64,000 nucleotides of DNA, taken from positions 638,305 to 702,304 of the forward strand of contig CAVYGQ010000001.1 of assembly GCA_963768175.1 (NCBI GenBank), given 5' to 3'. Below the pieces are notes generated by a model. That model was not told where the DNA came from and made no database searches. It saw only the letters and a program-made list of their open reading frames with translations. The stretch comes from Candidatus Doudnabacteria bacterium. GTDB taxonomy: Bacteria; Patescibacteriota; Doudnabacteria; UBA920. The translations under genes and the position numbers were made by a program. Shown piece after piece: positions 39,570 to 48,732 of the stretch (position 1 is its first letter; the number at the start of each line of letters is the position of its first letter).

Positions 39570-41514
39570 TTATTTATCAGGGTGAACTTCCTTAAATTCC
39601 GCGTCCACCGGGCCTGGGTTAGACCCTGAACCTGCCGAAGGGTTGTCCGATGATGGGCCGGCCGCTCCGGCGTTCTGATTTTCTCCGCCAGAGGCGGATC
39701 CGCCTTCGGCGGACGACTTTCCGGACTCTGTACATTGCCGCGCCAACCTTTTGGATGGCTTCGGAAAGCGCGTCCATGGCTTTTTTAATGTCGTCTATAT
39801 CGTCTTTGTCTTTGACCTCTTTAAGCGCTTTAATTTTTTCTTCCACCGCGGTTTTGTCTTCCGCTTTGAGCTTTGAGCCGGTCGCAGACCCCGATCCTGC
39901 CGAGGCGGCATCTTTTAAAGTTTTTTCGGAAATCGAAATTAACGTGTCGGCCTGGTTCCTCATATCCACGGTTTCTTTGCGCTTGCGGTCTTCCTCGGCA
40001 TGGGCTTCGGCTTCTTTTTTCATGCGCTCAATCTCATCCTTCTTTAAATTAGAAGAGCCCTGGATGGTAATATGCTGTTCTTTACCCGTAGCTTTGTCCT
40101 TGGCTTTTACGGTCAAAATTCCGTTGGCATCTATATCAAAGGTCACTTCCACTTGCGGGATGCCGCGCGGCGCCGGCGGGATGCCGTCCAAAATAAACTG
40201 GCCCAAAGATTTATTGTCGCGCGCGAATTCCCGTTCGCCCTGCAAAATATGGATTTCCACCGATGTCTGGTTGTCGGCCGCGGTGGAAAAAGTCTGCGAC
40301 TTGGATGTTGGAATAGTGGTGTTGCGATCGATTAGTGGCGTGCGCACCCCGCCCAAAGTTTCAAGGCCCAAGGTCAAAGGCGTTACGTCCAAAAGCAAAA
40401 TTTCCTTGCTCTGGACATCGCCGCCCAAAATGCCGCCCTGGATAGCCGCGCCCTTGGCCACGGCTTCCATGGGGTCTATGCCGCCTTCCACCTGCTTGCC
40501 AATGTAAGTTTCCACAAACTTTCTCACGCTGGGCATTCTGGTCGGGCCGCCAATTAAAATAATTTTATCTATTTGCTGGGGCGTCAGTTTGGCATCGCTA
40601 AGTGCCTGCTCTAGCGGCTTCCGCATTTTTTCAATGAGCGGCTTAATCAGCTCTTCCAGTTTGGCGCGCGTCACTTTAAGCTGAAAATGTTTTGGTCCGT
40701 TGGCGTCCGCGGTTATAAAAGGAAGATTAATGTCGGTTTCCATTGTGGTGGACAGTTCAATTTTGGCTTTTTCCGCGGCTTCCCTGACGCGGTTTATGGC
40801 CATTTTGTCTTTGGTGATGTCCACGCCGCTTTCGTTTTTAAAAGCCGCGACCAAATAATCTATCAAAACTTTGTCCATATCTTTGCCGCCCAAAGCCGTG
40901 TCGCCGGAAGTGGATTTAACTTCAAAAGTCGCCTGATTGTCCACTTCGGAAAAATCCATAATCGTAACGTCCAGCGTGCCGCCGCCCAAATCAAACACTA
41001 AAATTTTCTGATCTTTAGCCGATGTCTTATCAAGGCCGTAAGCAAAAGCCGCAGCCGTGGGCTCATTAATTACGCGCACAACTTCCAGACCGGCAATTTC
41101 CCCGGCATTTTTGGTAGCTTGCCTTTGCGCGTCGTCAAAATAAGCCGGCACGGTGACCACGGCTTTGGTTACCGGAGCGCCCAAAAAGGTTTCCGCGTCT
41201 TTTTTGATTTTTTGCAAAATAAACGCGCTAATTTGCTCCGGAGTGTATTCCTTGCCGTTAACGTTATATTTAAAACTGGTTCCCATTTTTCTTTTGGCTT
41301 CAAACACCGTGCCGTCCGGATTGGTCACGGCCTGCCTTCTGGCCGGCTCGCCAACCAAAAGCTGGCCTTCCTTGGTAAAAGCCACATACGATGGAAAAGC
41401 TTTCCCGCCCACAGACGCGCCCTCGGCCGAAGGAATAATTACCGGTTTGCCGGCTTCCATAACACTAGCCGCGCTGTTGCTTGTCCCTAAGTCTATCCCT
41501 ATAATTTTTGACAT
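39570..41514 (-). CDS. dnaK: Chaperone DnaK (frameshift near 39729)
   Basis: IGIDLGT, TVPAYF, NEPTAAA, DLGGGT; the normal tail VDAEFKEV is in another frame, ending at TAA 39570-39572. Confidence 0.95.
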
Positions 41515-41637
41515 ATATTTCTCCTTGTCGCCTGCAGCCCTCCTCTCCCTACTTGTCCGCCATAGCTTTGAGCTTCGGCGGATGGGAGAGGATTAAGGCG
41601 AGGGTAAATGATTCTTGATAATTAAATTAGAAATAAA

Positions 41638-41877
41638 TTATAAATTATTTTTTTCAAAATCAACATAAACATAATTTGGACTATGTAATGCTCCGGACGC
41701 AATATTACTTGATATGTTCGCAATAGGGCATCCTTGATCGGAAACTTTTATTATTAATACTGGAGAATTATTTTTTTCTGGGATATGTTCTAAAAAAATA
41801 CTATTACTACCTAAAACGGTCACCAACAAAATAATAAATATGAAACTGATAATTTTTTTATTATAATACTTTTTCAT
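41638..41877 (-). CDS. Small AT-rich membrane-anchored hypothetical protein
   Basis: 79 aa, N-terminal TM. Confidence 0.55.
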   Translation of the reverse strand: MKKYYNKKIISFIFIILLVTVLGSNSIFLEHIPEKNNSPVLIIKVSDQGCPIANISSNIASGALHSPNYVYVDFEKNNL

Positions 41878-41915
41878 ATATTCTGTAATTCCCTTAAAAG
41901 CGGCGATCCGTTCTA

Positions 41916-42035
41916 TTACTTATTTTCTAATTCTTTAATTCTTTCTTCTAATTTATCAACTCTGTTATCTGTTCTTATACCATCCCATATTATTCCAACC
42001 ACAGCCCCAATAAGCGTAATAATGATTATCCACAT
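41916..42035 (-). CDS. 39-aa TM plus coiled-coil protein
   Basis: MWIIIITLIGAVVGIIWDGIRTDNRVDKLEERIKELENK; its tail matches the neighbour's LEEKIRQLENR. Confidence 0.65.
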   Translation of the reverse strand: MWIIIITLIGAVVGIIWDGIRTDNRVDKLEERIKELENK

Positions 42036-42086
42036 AACTTTATTTTTTAATTATTTATCATTCCCGCGAAAGCGGGAATCTTTTAA

Positions 42087-42299
42087 TTATCTATTTTCTA
42101 ATTGTCTTATTTTTTCTTCTAGATCTTCCCTTTCATCATCCTTATCCATATCGGCAACAATCATCCCTACAAAAAATCCTACTATATATTGAGTGCCACC
42201 ATATCCTATATGAAAAATCGCGCCAAAAATTGCTCCCACAATAATCGCCACAACCGCTATAGATAATCCAATTAAAAATTGCTTAATAAAATGCCACAT
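42087..42299 (-). CDS. 70-aa two-TM plus coiled-coil protein
   Basis: Hydrophobic helices, LEEKIRQLENR tail. Confidence 0.7.
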   Translation of the reverse strand: MWHFIKQFLIGLSIAVVAIIVGAIFGAIFHIGYGGTQYIVGFFVGMIVADMDKDDEREDLEEKIRQLENR

Positions 42300-42481
42300 A
42301 AATTTATTTTGTCATTCCCGCGCCTACCTGCGGTAGGCAGGAAAGCGGGAATCTTATTACCATTTCGACCGGAGGGAGAAATCTATTCATTAACAGATCT
42401 CTCGCTGCGCTCGAGATGGCGCTTAGGTTGATTTTTTCTTACTAATTAAAGATCCCTCGGATGCACTCGGGATGATTACTA

Positions 42482-43051
42482 TTATTCGCCACCTTTGGTG
42501 GCTTTCTTACTGATAATCACTTGGCTTGGCCTAATAACTTTCCCGTTCAGTTCAAACCCTGTTTGCAATTCATCGATAATAATTCCGTCATCTTTTTCCG
42601 TTTCAACCTCGCGCACGGCTTCGTGAAAATGCGGGTCGAATTTTTTTCCGATGGATTCGATTTTTTTGACGCCTAAATCTTCCAAAGTTTTATCCAGTTG
42701 CTTCAACAAAACATTGATGCCGTCTTGCCAGTTTTGGTATTGCTTGGCAAATTCTCGATAGGGAAGAGGTGTCCCCTCTTCCAGAGGGGACACCTCTTCC
42801 AAAACCGGCATATGCCTTAGCGCCAGCTCCAGGCTGTCTATTGTCGGTAAAAGTTTAATCACCGTGACTTCGCGCGCGAACTCCACCAATTCCTTATTCT
42901 CCCCTTCCTTGCGGCGCTTGTAATTTTCAAAATCCGCGGCCGTGCGCTTCCATCCCGCCATGGCGCTTTCAAAATCGGTTTGGAGCTTTTCCAGCGTTAT
43001 TTCGCCGTTCTGGTTTTGGTCGTCTTGTTGTTGTTCGTCAGACATAATCAT
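42482..43051 (-). CDS. grpE: Nucleotide exchange factor GrpE
   Basis: ADFENYKRR, FDPHFHEAV, GFELNGKVIRPSQV. Confidence 0.95.
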   Translation of the reverse strand: MIMSDEQQQDDQNQNGEITLEKLQTDFESAMAGWKRTAADFENYKRRKEGENKELVEFAREVTVIKLLPTIDSLELALRHMPVLEEVSPLEEGTPLPYREFAKQYQNWQDGINVLLKQLDKTLEDLGVKKIESIGKKFDPHFHEAVREVETEKDDGIIIDELQTGFELNGKVIRPSQVIISKKATKGGE

Positions 43052-43123
43052 TTAAACATTTAAGCATCTAAGCATGTAAACATACTCGGATTGTTTAAAT
43101 GTTTGTATGTTTAAATGCTTAAA

Positions 43124-43879
43124 TTATCTGATGATATAAACTAGCATTACCGCCGCTCCCCCGCCCAACAGTTTGGCTATATATTCCATCAACGTTAAAT
43201 TCTTTTCGTACTTCATGCTCTTGGGGCCGACAAGTCCGATAACGCCTTTTTTGCCGCTGGGCAATTGCAGACCGCTTACGATCATCGAATAATCTGATTT
43301 TTTGGAAAGCGGGATTTCTTTGCCGATAAACGTTTGCGGCCCGCCCTTGCCGCCGTAATCGCTCATTATTTGTTCCGCGTGCTCGTCTATATTGTCAAAA
43401 AACTGGGCAATTTCTTTGGCGTCCTCGGCCGGCAGGGCGGGATTATTTAATATGTGGGAAAGCCCGACAGTGGAAACTTCTTCCGGAAATATCGCAAAGC
43501 TGGCTTGATTTGAGTATTCTGATAATAACTTGGCCAAACGCCTGCTCATTTCCACGTGCGCCATTTGCAGTTTCAGCAGTTCCCTTTTCAAAAAATCCTG
43601 CTCCTTTACCGAAAGTTTGACGCGGTCCATAAGCTGGTTGACAAAATACCGAAAGCCCTTGTCGGTTGGCACGCGGCCGGCCGAAGTGTGCGGCTGGGAA
43701 ATATAGCCCATTTTTTCCAGCGCCTGCATTTCGTTGCGGATGGTCGGGCTGCTTACGTTAAAATTGTACTTTTCCGCCAAATCCCCGCTGGCCACGGGCT
43801 GGCCGTTTTCGCAATTCTCTTTGACAATCGCGGCCAGTATTTTGGCTTGTCTTGGGGTTATTTCCGATGTTTGGTCCAT
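43124..43879 (-). CDS. hrcA: Heat-inducible repressor HrcA (short form)
   Basis: SSPTIRNEM, QPHTSAGRVPTDKGFRYFV, GLVGPKSMKY. Confidence 0.93.
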   Translation of the reverse strand: MDQTSEITPRQAKILAAIVKENCENGQPVASGDLAEKYNFNVSSPTIRNEMQALEKMGYISQPHTSAGRVPTDKGFRYFVNQLMDRVKLSVKEQDFLKRELLKLQMAHVEMSRRLAKLLSEYSNQASFAIFPEEVSTVGLSHILNNPALPAEDAKEIAQFFDNIDEHAEQIMSDYGGKGGPQTFIGKEIPLSKKSDYSMIVSGLQLPSGKKGVIGLVGPKSMKYEKNLTLMEYIAKLLGGGAAVMLVYIIR

Positions 43880-43886
43880 ATCTGCT

Positions 43887-43945
43887 TTATCACTTAAAGA
43901 TATGTATTGATAATACTATTATCACTCTGCCTTGTCAAGTGATAA
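43887..43945. promoter_or_regulatory. Two tandem CIRCE-like operators
   Basis: TTATCACTT-N9-TATTGATAA (43887-43913) and TTATCACTC-N9-AAGTGATAA (43919-43945), directly upstream of hrcA. Confidence 0.7.
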
Positions 43946-44015
43946 TCTATGGCTTAAAAAAACCTTTCCTTTTTGCTATAATATGATAGCAATAAAAACA
44001 TTAACCATAACTTCT

Positions 44016-45269
44016 ATGAAACCCAAACACACACAACTGACGGCAGGCCTAAGCATTTTGGCCCTGTTGTTCTCTTTTTCGGCCTGGCCCGCGGCAAGCT
44101 CGGCCCAAAACGGCCATAATTATTTCTGGCAGCCGGATTTCCAACACCCGGTCAGCCACCAGCGGGTTTGCAATCGCGACAATAACAATCCAAACGCCGC
44201 GGCCTGCGACGCTCATGTAGTCGTAGACCAAAACGGGAAACCCCGAACTCTCACTTCTCCGGCCGGCTACGGGCCAAGCCAATTTCAAGCGGCTTACAAT
44301 CATAACGGTGTCACCGGTAGTCCCAGCCAGATTATTGCCGTCGTAGACGCTTACGATAACCCGAAAGTTTATAGCGATCTTTCGGTATATGACAACCAAT
44401 TTGGTTTGGCCGATCTATCGCTATGTACTGCCGGTTCTTCCGCCACAGTTCCTTGCTTTCAAAAAATCTATCAAACCGGCAGCGCTCCGGCCGTTAATAG
44501 CGGCTGGGCTTTGGAAAGTTCGTTGGATGTCCAGATAGCGCATGCCGTGTGCCCGCAGTGCAGCATCTTGCTGGTGGAAGCCAAATCCAGCAGTTATTCC
44601 GATTTGATGGCCGCGGTTGACTTGGCGGTCCACAGCGGAGCCTATGTGGTTTCTAATTCTTACGGCAGCGGGGAGTTCTCCGGCGAAACCGCTTATGACA
44701 GCCATTTTAACCATCCCGGCACGGCGTTTACTTTTAGCAGCGGTGACAGCGGCTATGGGGTTGCGTATCCGGCGGCCTCGCCTTATGTTACGGCCGTAGG
44801 CGGAACTACCCTAAAAATGTCAAGCGGCGCCTATAACGGCGAAACTGCTTGGAGCGAAGGTGGCAGCGGCTGCAGCGCCTATGAATCGAAAAAACCCGCA
44901 AACCAGCCAAACATTGGATGCAATAAAAGAATGGTGGTTGATGTTTCGGCCGATGCCGACCCCAACACCGGCGCCGCAATTTATGACAGTACTCCTTATT
45001 CCGGCCAATCCGGCTGGTTCCAAGTTGGCGGCACCAGCTTAGCCTCGCCGATTGTTGCCGCCACCTATGCGCTGGCTGGCGACATCCCGGCTTCTGTCCA
45101 AGCCAATACCATCCCGTACGCTCAATACATTATATCCAAATCTTATTTTCACGACGTGACTTTCGGCAGCAATGGCCGTTGCCGCAGCACCCCGCTGTTT
45201 TGCAGCGCCGCCGCCGGCTATGACGGGCCCACCGGCCTTGGCACGCCCAATGGCACCGGAGCATTCTAA
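44016..45269 (+). CDS. Secreted S53/S8 (sedolisin-like) serine peptidase
   Basis: Signal peptide; ESSLD, SSGDSG, GGTSLASP, GYDGPTGLGTP. Confidence 0.9.
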   Translation: MKPKHTQLTAGLSILALLFSFSAWPAASSAQNGHNYFWQPDFQHPVSHQRVCNRDNNNPNAAACDAHVVVDQNGKPRTLTSPAGYGPSQFQAAYNHNGVTGSPSQIIAVVDAYDNPKVYSDLSVYDNQFGLADLSLCTAGSSATVPCFQKIYQTGSAPAVNSGWALESSLDVQIAHAVCPQCSILLVEAKSSSYSDLMAAVDLAVHSGAYVVSNSYGSGEFSGETAYDSHFNHPGTAFTFSSGDSGYGVAYPAASPYVTAVGGTTLKMSSGAYNGETAWSEGGSGCSAYESKKPANQPNIGCNKRMVVDVSADADPNTGAAIYDSTPYSGQSGWFQVGGTSLASPIVAATYALAGDIPASVQANTIPYAQYIISKSYFHDVTFGSNGRCRSTPLFCSAAAGYDGPTGLGTPNGTGAF

Positions 45270-45443
45270 AATCGTTGATTAAACCCCGCCCCTCGACTTC
45301 GCTCGGGGCGGGGTTTTAATAATGGCTGTGGAAAACTTTTCTAAAGACCCGCACAAACATAGTAAATATGGGCTTTTTTAACTAAATTGACATTAGGTGA
45401 ACGATTGTTTACTATATAAATAAATTACTGCTTTACTATCTTT

Positions 45444-45989
45444 ATGACACAAAAATCAAAATCCGTTTCCGCCAATTTGCCATTGCCGCCGGAGCTAATT
45501 AAACGCCGAATCTATATTATCCGCGGACAGGAAGTTATGCTGGACAGCGATTTGGCGGAGCTATATCAGGTTCCAACAAAGTCTTTAAATTTGGCTGTTA
45601 AAAGAAATTCTGAACGTTTTCCACAAGATTTTATGTTTCAATTAACGGCTGATGAAGTCAAAAACTTGAGGTTTCAATTTGAAACCTCAAGTTTGACATC
45701 TCAAATTGCAAGTTCAAGTTTGAGATTCCAATCTGGAATATCAAGTTATGGGGGACGCCGCTACCTTCCCCACGCCTTTACCGAACATGGGGTGGCAATG
45801 CTATCTTCCGTCCTTAAAAGCAAACGGGCAATCCAAATGAACATTTTTATCATTCGCGCATTTATCCAGTTCCGTAAAATACTAATTGAACAAAAAGAAC
45901 TTTCCAAAAGATTACAAAGAGCCGAAAAAGTTATAAGGTTCCATGACCAAGTTTTGTCTGCCGTTGTTGAAGGTGTTAAAAAAATTTAA
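45444..45989 (+). CDS. ORF6N-domain DNA-binding protein
   Basis: IRGQEVMLDSDLAELY, RFPQDFMFQL, AFTEHGVAMLSSVL. Confidence 0.9.
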   Translation: MTQKSKSVSANLPLPPELIKRRIYIIRGQEVMLDSDLAELYQVPTKSLNLAVKRNSERFPQDFMFQLTADEVKNLRFQFETSSLTSQIASSSLRFQSGISSYGGRRYLPHAFTEHGVAMLSSVLKSKRAIQMNIFIIRAFIQFRKILIEQKELSKRLQRAEKVIRFHDQVLSAVVEGVKKI

Positions 45990-46105
45990 AAATCCTCCAA
46001 AAATTAATCTCATCGGTTTCCACTGGAAACCAAAATCAAGAATATGGCCCCGTTAGACATTTAACTTAAAATTACATTTTTATAGAATTAACCACGGTCA
46101 AAATT

Positions 46106-47323
46106 ATGAAAAATCTAAAAACAAAAAATATGTCTAACGGGGTGAAAATAAAAATATTTGTTCTCGCGGCGGCAATGCTTATTCTGCCGCTAATATCCAA
46201 AGCCGACACCACCCATAACGGCCGCGTCTGCACCATGACTAAAAAGCAGGGGCTGGCGAGCTGCAGCGCCCACGTGCTGACCGATGCCAAAGGCCATTTT
46301 CTGGTCAGCCAATCACCCGCCGGTTTTAGCCCGAATGATTTAAAAACTGCCTATAATTTACCCGGGCGCGCTTCGGGAAATCCGATAGTGGCGATCGTGG
46401 ATTCCTACGACGACCCAACTATAAAAAACGACCTTGACGTTTTTAGCAAACAGTTTGGCTTGCCAATGTTGCCGGCGTGCAAAAGTAATGTCGCTAAATC
46501 ATCAGCCCCCTGCTTTGCCAAACTCAACCAGCGTGGCAGTTCGGCCTTGCCCAAAGCAAACGGCGGCTGGTCAGTGGAAATTGCTTTAGATGTAGAAACT
46601 GTGCACGGCATTTGCCAAAACTGCTCTATCTTATTAGTGGAAGCAACTTCACCCAATATGAAAAATTTGATGATGTCCGTGGATACAGCGGTAAAAAATG
46701 GAGCCGCTGCGGTTTCCAATTCTTACGGCGGGCCGGAATTTTCCGGAGAAGCGGCTTTTGATTCCCATTTCAACCATCCGGGCGTTGCCTTTACCGTAAG
46801 CAGCGGCGACAGCGGCTATGGCGTGGAGTATCCGGCGGCTTCGCCTTATGTTACTGCCGTGGGCGGGACCTCGCTGTATTTGGGCAACGGCGGCAAATAC
46901 AAAAACGAAGACGCCTGGAGCGGCGCCGGCTCCGGCTGCAGCCAATTTGAAGCAAAACCTTCCTGGCAAACAGATGTTAAATGCGGCGGAAGGACCGTGG
47001 CCGATGTCTCCGCGGTCGCCGATCCGGCCACAGGCGTAGCCATATACACTACAACCAGCTCCAAAGGACAAAAAGGCTGGTTCACCGTGGGCGGAACTTC
47101 TTTATCCTCACCGCTGCTTGCGGCGGTGTACGCGCTGTCGGGGAATTTACCGGCTAATGCCAACGCCAATTCCCTGCCCTATAATTTAGGCTCACGCTCA
47201 AATTTGCACGACGTGGTCGGCGGCAGCAACGGTGACTGCTCACCTGCTTATTTATGCGCCGGCAAAACCAAATACGACGGCCCCACAGGTTTGGGCAGCC
47301 CCAACGGCACCGGAGCATTTTAA
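46106..47323 (+). CDS. Secreted S53/S8 peptidase, paralogue of 44016-45269
   Basis: EIALD, SSGDSG, GGTSLSSP, YDGPTGLGSPNGTGAF. Confidence 0.9.
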   Translation: MKNLKTKNMSNGVKIKIFVLAAAMLILPLISKADTTHNGRVCTMTKKQGLASCSAHVLTDAKGHFLVSQSPAGFSPNDLKTAYNLPGRASGNPIVAIVDSYDDPTIKNDLDVFSKQFGLPMLPACKSNVAKSSAPCFAKLNQRGSSALPKANGGWSVEIALDVETVHGICQNCSILLVEATSPNMKNLMMSVDTAVKNGAAAVSNSYGGPEFSGEAAFDSHFNHPGVAFTVSSGDSGYGVEYPAASPYVTAVGGTSLYLGNGGKYKNEDAWSGAGSGCSQFEAKPSWQTDVKCGGRTVADVSAVADPATGVAIYTTTSSKGQKGWFTVGGTSLSSPLLAAVYALSGNLPANANANSLPYNLGSRSNLHDVVGGSNGDCSPAYLCAGKTKYDGPTGLGSPNGTGAF

Positions 47324-47335
47324 AAAATCACGCTT

Positions 47336-48001
47336 ATGAAAAATCGAGATTATAAAATCTTTGCCCCTAACACATTCCATCACGTTTACAATCGTGGCAA
47401 TGGTAAAATGGATATTTTTAAAGATGAGCAGGATTTTTTTAATTTTTACAAACGCCTAAATTTAGTTCTTGGAACCCAACAAGAACAAGGGGCATCCTTT
47501 TGTTGCAAAAGGATGCCCCTTGTTGGGAATTCATTGCACATTCATCCGCTGCCAAAAAAAGCCTTTAGCATACTTTGCCATTGTTTAATGCCAAACCACT
47601 TCCACTTCCTAATCCGGCAAAACTCTGACACCCCGATCAGTAGCCTGATTTCAAAATTGTGCACAAGTTATAGCATGTATTTTAACAAAAAATACGACCA
47701 TGTTGGTGGGTTATTTCAAGACCAATTTAAGTCTATTCTTATAGATAACGATCAATACCTCTTGTGGCTGTCGGCCTATATTCATCAAAACCCCGCTGTA
47801 GCCGGTTTAGTTAAGGATATAAAAGATTACCCTTACAGCAGTTATCCGGACTACCTAGGTTTACGCGTAGGAAATATTACGGACACTTTTTTAATTTTAA
47901 GCATGGCGAGCAACGACCGCAAAAACTATGAGCAATTTGTATTAGGAAATTATGAAAAAATTAAACAGCGCAAGGATTTAAGCCATCTTTTTCTTGATTA
48001 G
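47336..48001 (+). CDS. Y1 HUH transposase (RAYT/IS200-like)
   Basis: HHVYNRG, CLMPNHFHFL, YFNKKY...G.LFQ..F, YIHQNP, YPYSSY. Confidence 0.88.
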   Translation: MKNRDYKIFAPNTFHHVYNRGNGKMDIFKDEQDFFNFYKRLNLVLGTQQEQGASFCCKRMPLVGNSLHIHPLPKKAFSILCHCLMPNHFHFLIRQNSDTPISSLISKLCTSYSMYFNKKYDHVGGLFQDQFKSILIDNDQYLLWLSAYIHQNPAVAGLVKDIKDYPYSSYPDYLGLRVGNITDTFLILSMASNDRKNYEQFVLGNYEKIKQRKDLSHLFLD

Positions 48002-48005
48002 CTTA

Positions 48006-48050
48006 ATAAAAAGGGGCATCCTTTTGTTGCAAAAGGATGCCCCTTTTTAT
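48006..48050. repeat. REP-like palindrome / bidirectional terminator; second copy at 47484-47524
   Basis: AAGGGGCATCCTTTTG-ttg-CAAAAGGATGCCCCTT core in both copies. Confidence 0.85.
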
Positions 48051-48054
48051 CTTT

Positions 48055-48657
48055 TTATTTTATTTCCGCTACCACCACCCACCTAGCCAAAGCCGTGCCT
48101 ACGGGATAAGAAGTCTGCAAAGTCAGTAATTTTTTAGCAAAGCCGGCCTGATCCAAAACCGAAGTGTCGTTAGCCGCGACTTTATAGCTGCCGGTTACTA
48201 CATAGGTAAACTTGTTGCCTTGCCAGTCACTGATTACAATTTCCGCCCCGATGCTGATTTTTGGCAAAACCGCGAATACATTTTTATAATGCCCCTTGCT
48301 CCAAATATAGTCGGAGCTGTGGCCAAAAATATAACAATTGCCAAATTGCCCTGGGTCGGCCGTGCCGGGATAGTGGGCCACGCCGTTTATTAATGCCGCC
48401 TGAAAAGCGGTTTCGCCCGTCGTGGTAGGATACTGGATTGGCACCTGTATGCCAAGGCTGTCTACAATCAACAAATTCGGCTGCATTTTCGGATTGGCGG
48501 CAGGGACACCAACTAAATGGGTTGGCGTGACGGACGGGCGATGGAAATAAAATTTAACATTTGCCCATAAATAGCCAAAATCCAAAATCAAAAACACCGC
48601 CAGCAAGGCACCGACGACAATCAAGACTTTTTTGGGAGTAGATAACGGCATATTCAC
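48055..48657 (-). CDS. Sortase-family protein with Ser at the catalytic Cys position
   Basis: N-terminal TM, GVAHYPGTA.PG, IFGHSS, LTLQTSYP...R. Confidence 0.85.
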   Translation of the reverse strand: MNMPLSTPKKVLIVVGALLAVFLILDFGYLWANVKFYFHRPSVTPTHLVGVPAANPKMQPNLLIVDSLGIQVPIQYPTTTGETAFQAALINGVAHYPGTADPGQFGNCYIFGHSSDYIWSKGHYKNVFAVLPKISIGAEIVISDWQGNKFTYVVTGSYKVAANDTSVLDQAGFAKKLLTLQTSYPVGTALARWVVVAEIK

Positions 48658-48732
48658 ATTATAACATTTAAAAAGCCCGTCCTTTGTTCCAATAAAATCG
48701 CGGGATAAGAATCGGGCTTTTTAAATTTCTGG

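Noticed and set aside
39650-40507. Long antisense ORFs (also 21862-22605, 37356-38144, 4660-5286)
   Set aside because: Shadows of well-supported genes on the opposite strand; no motifs.
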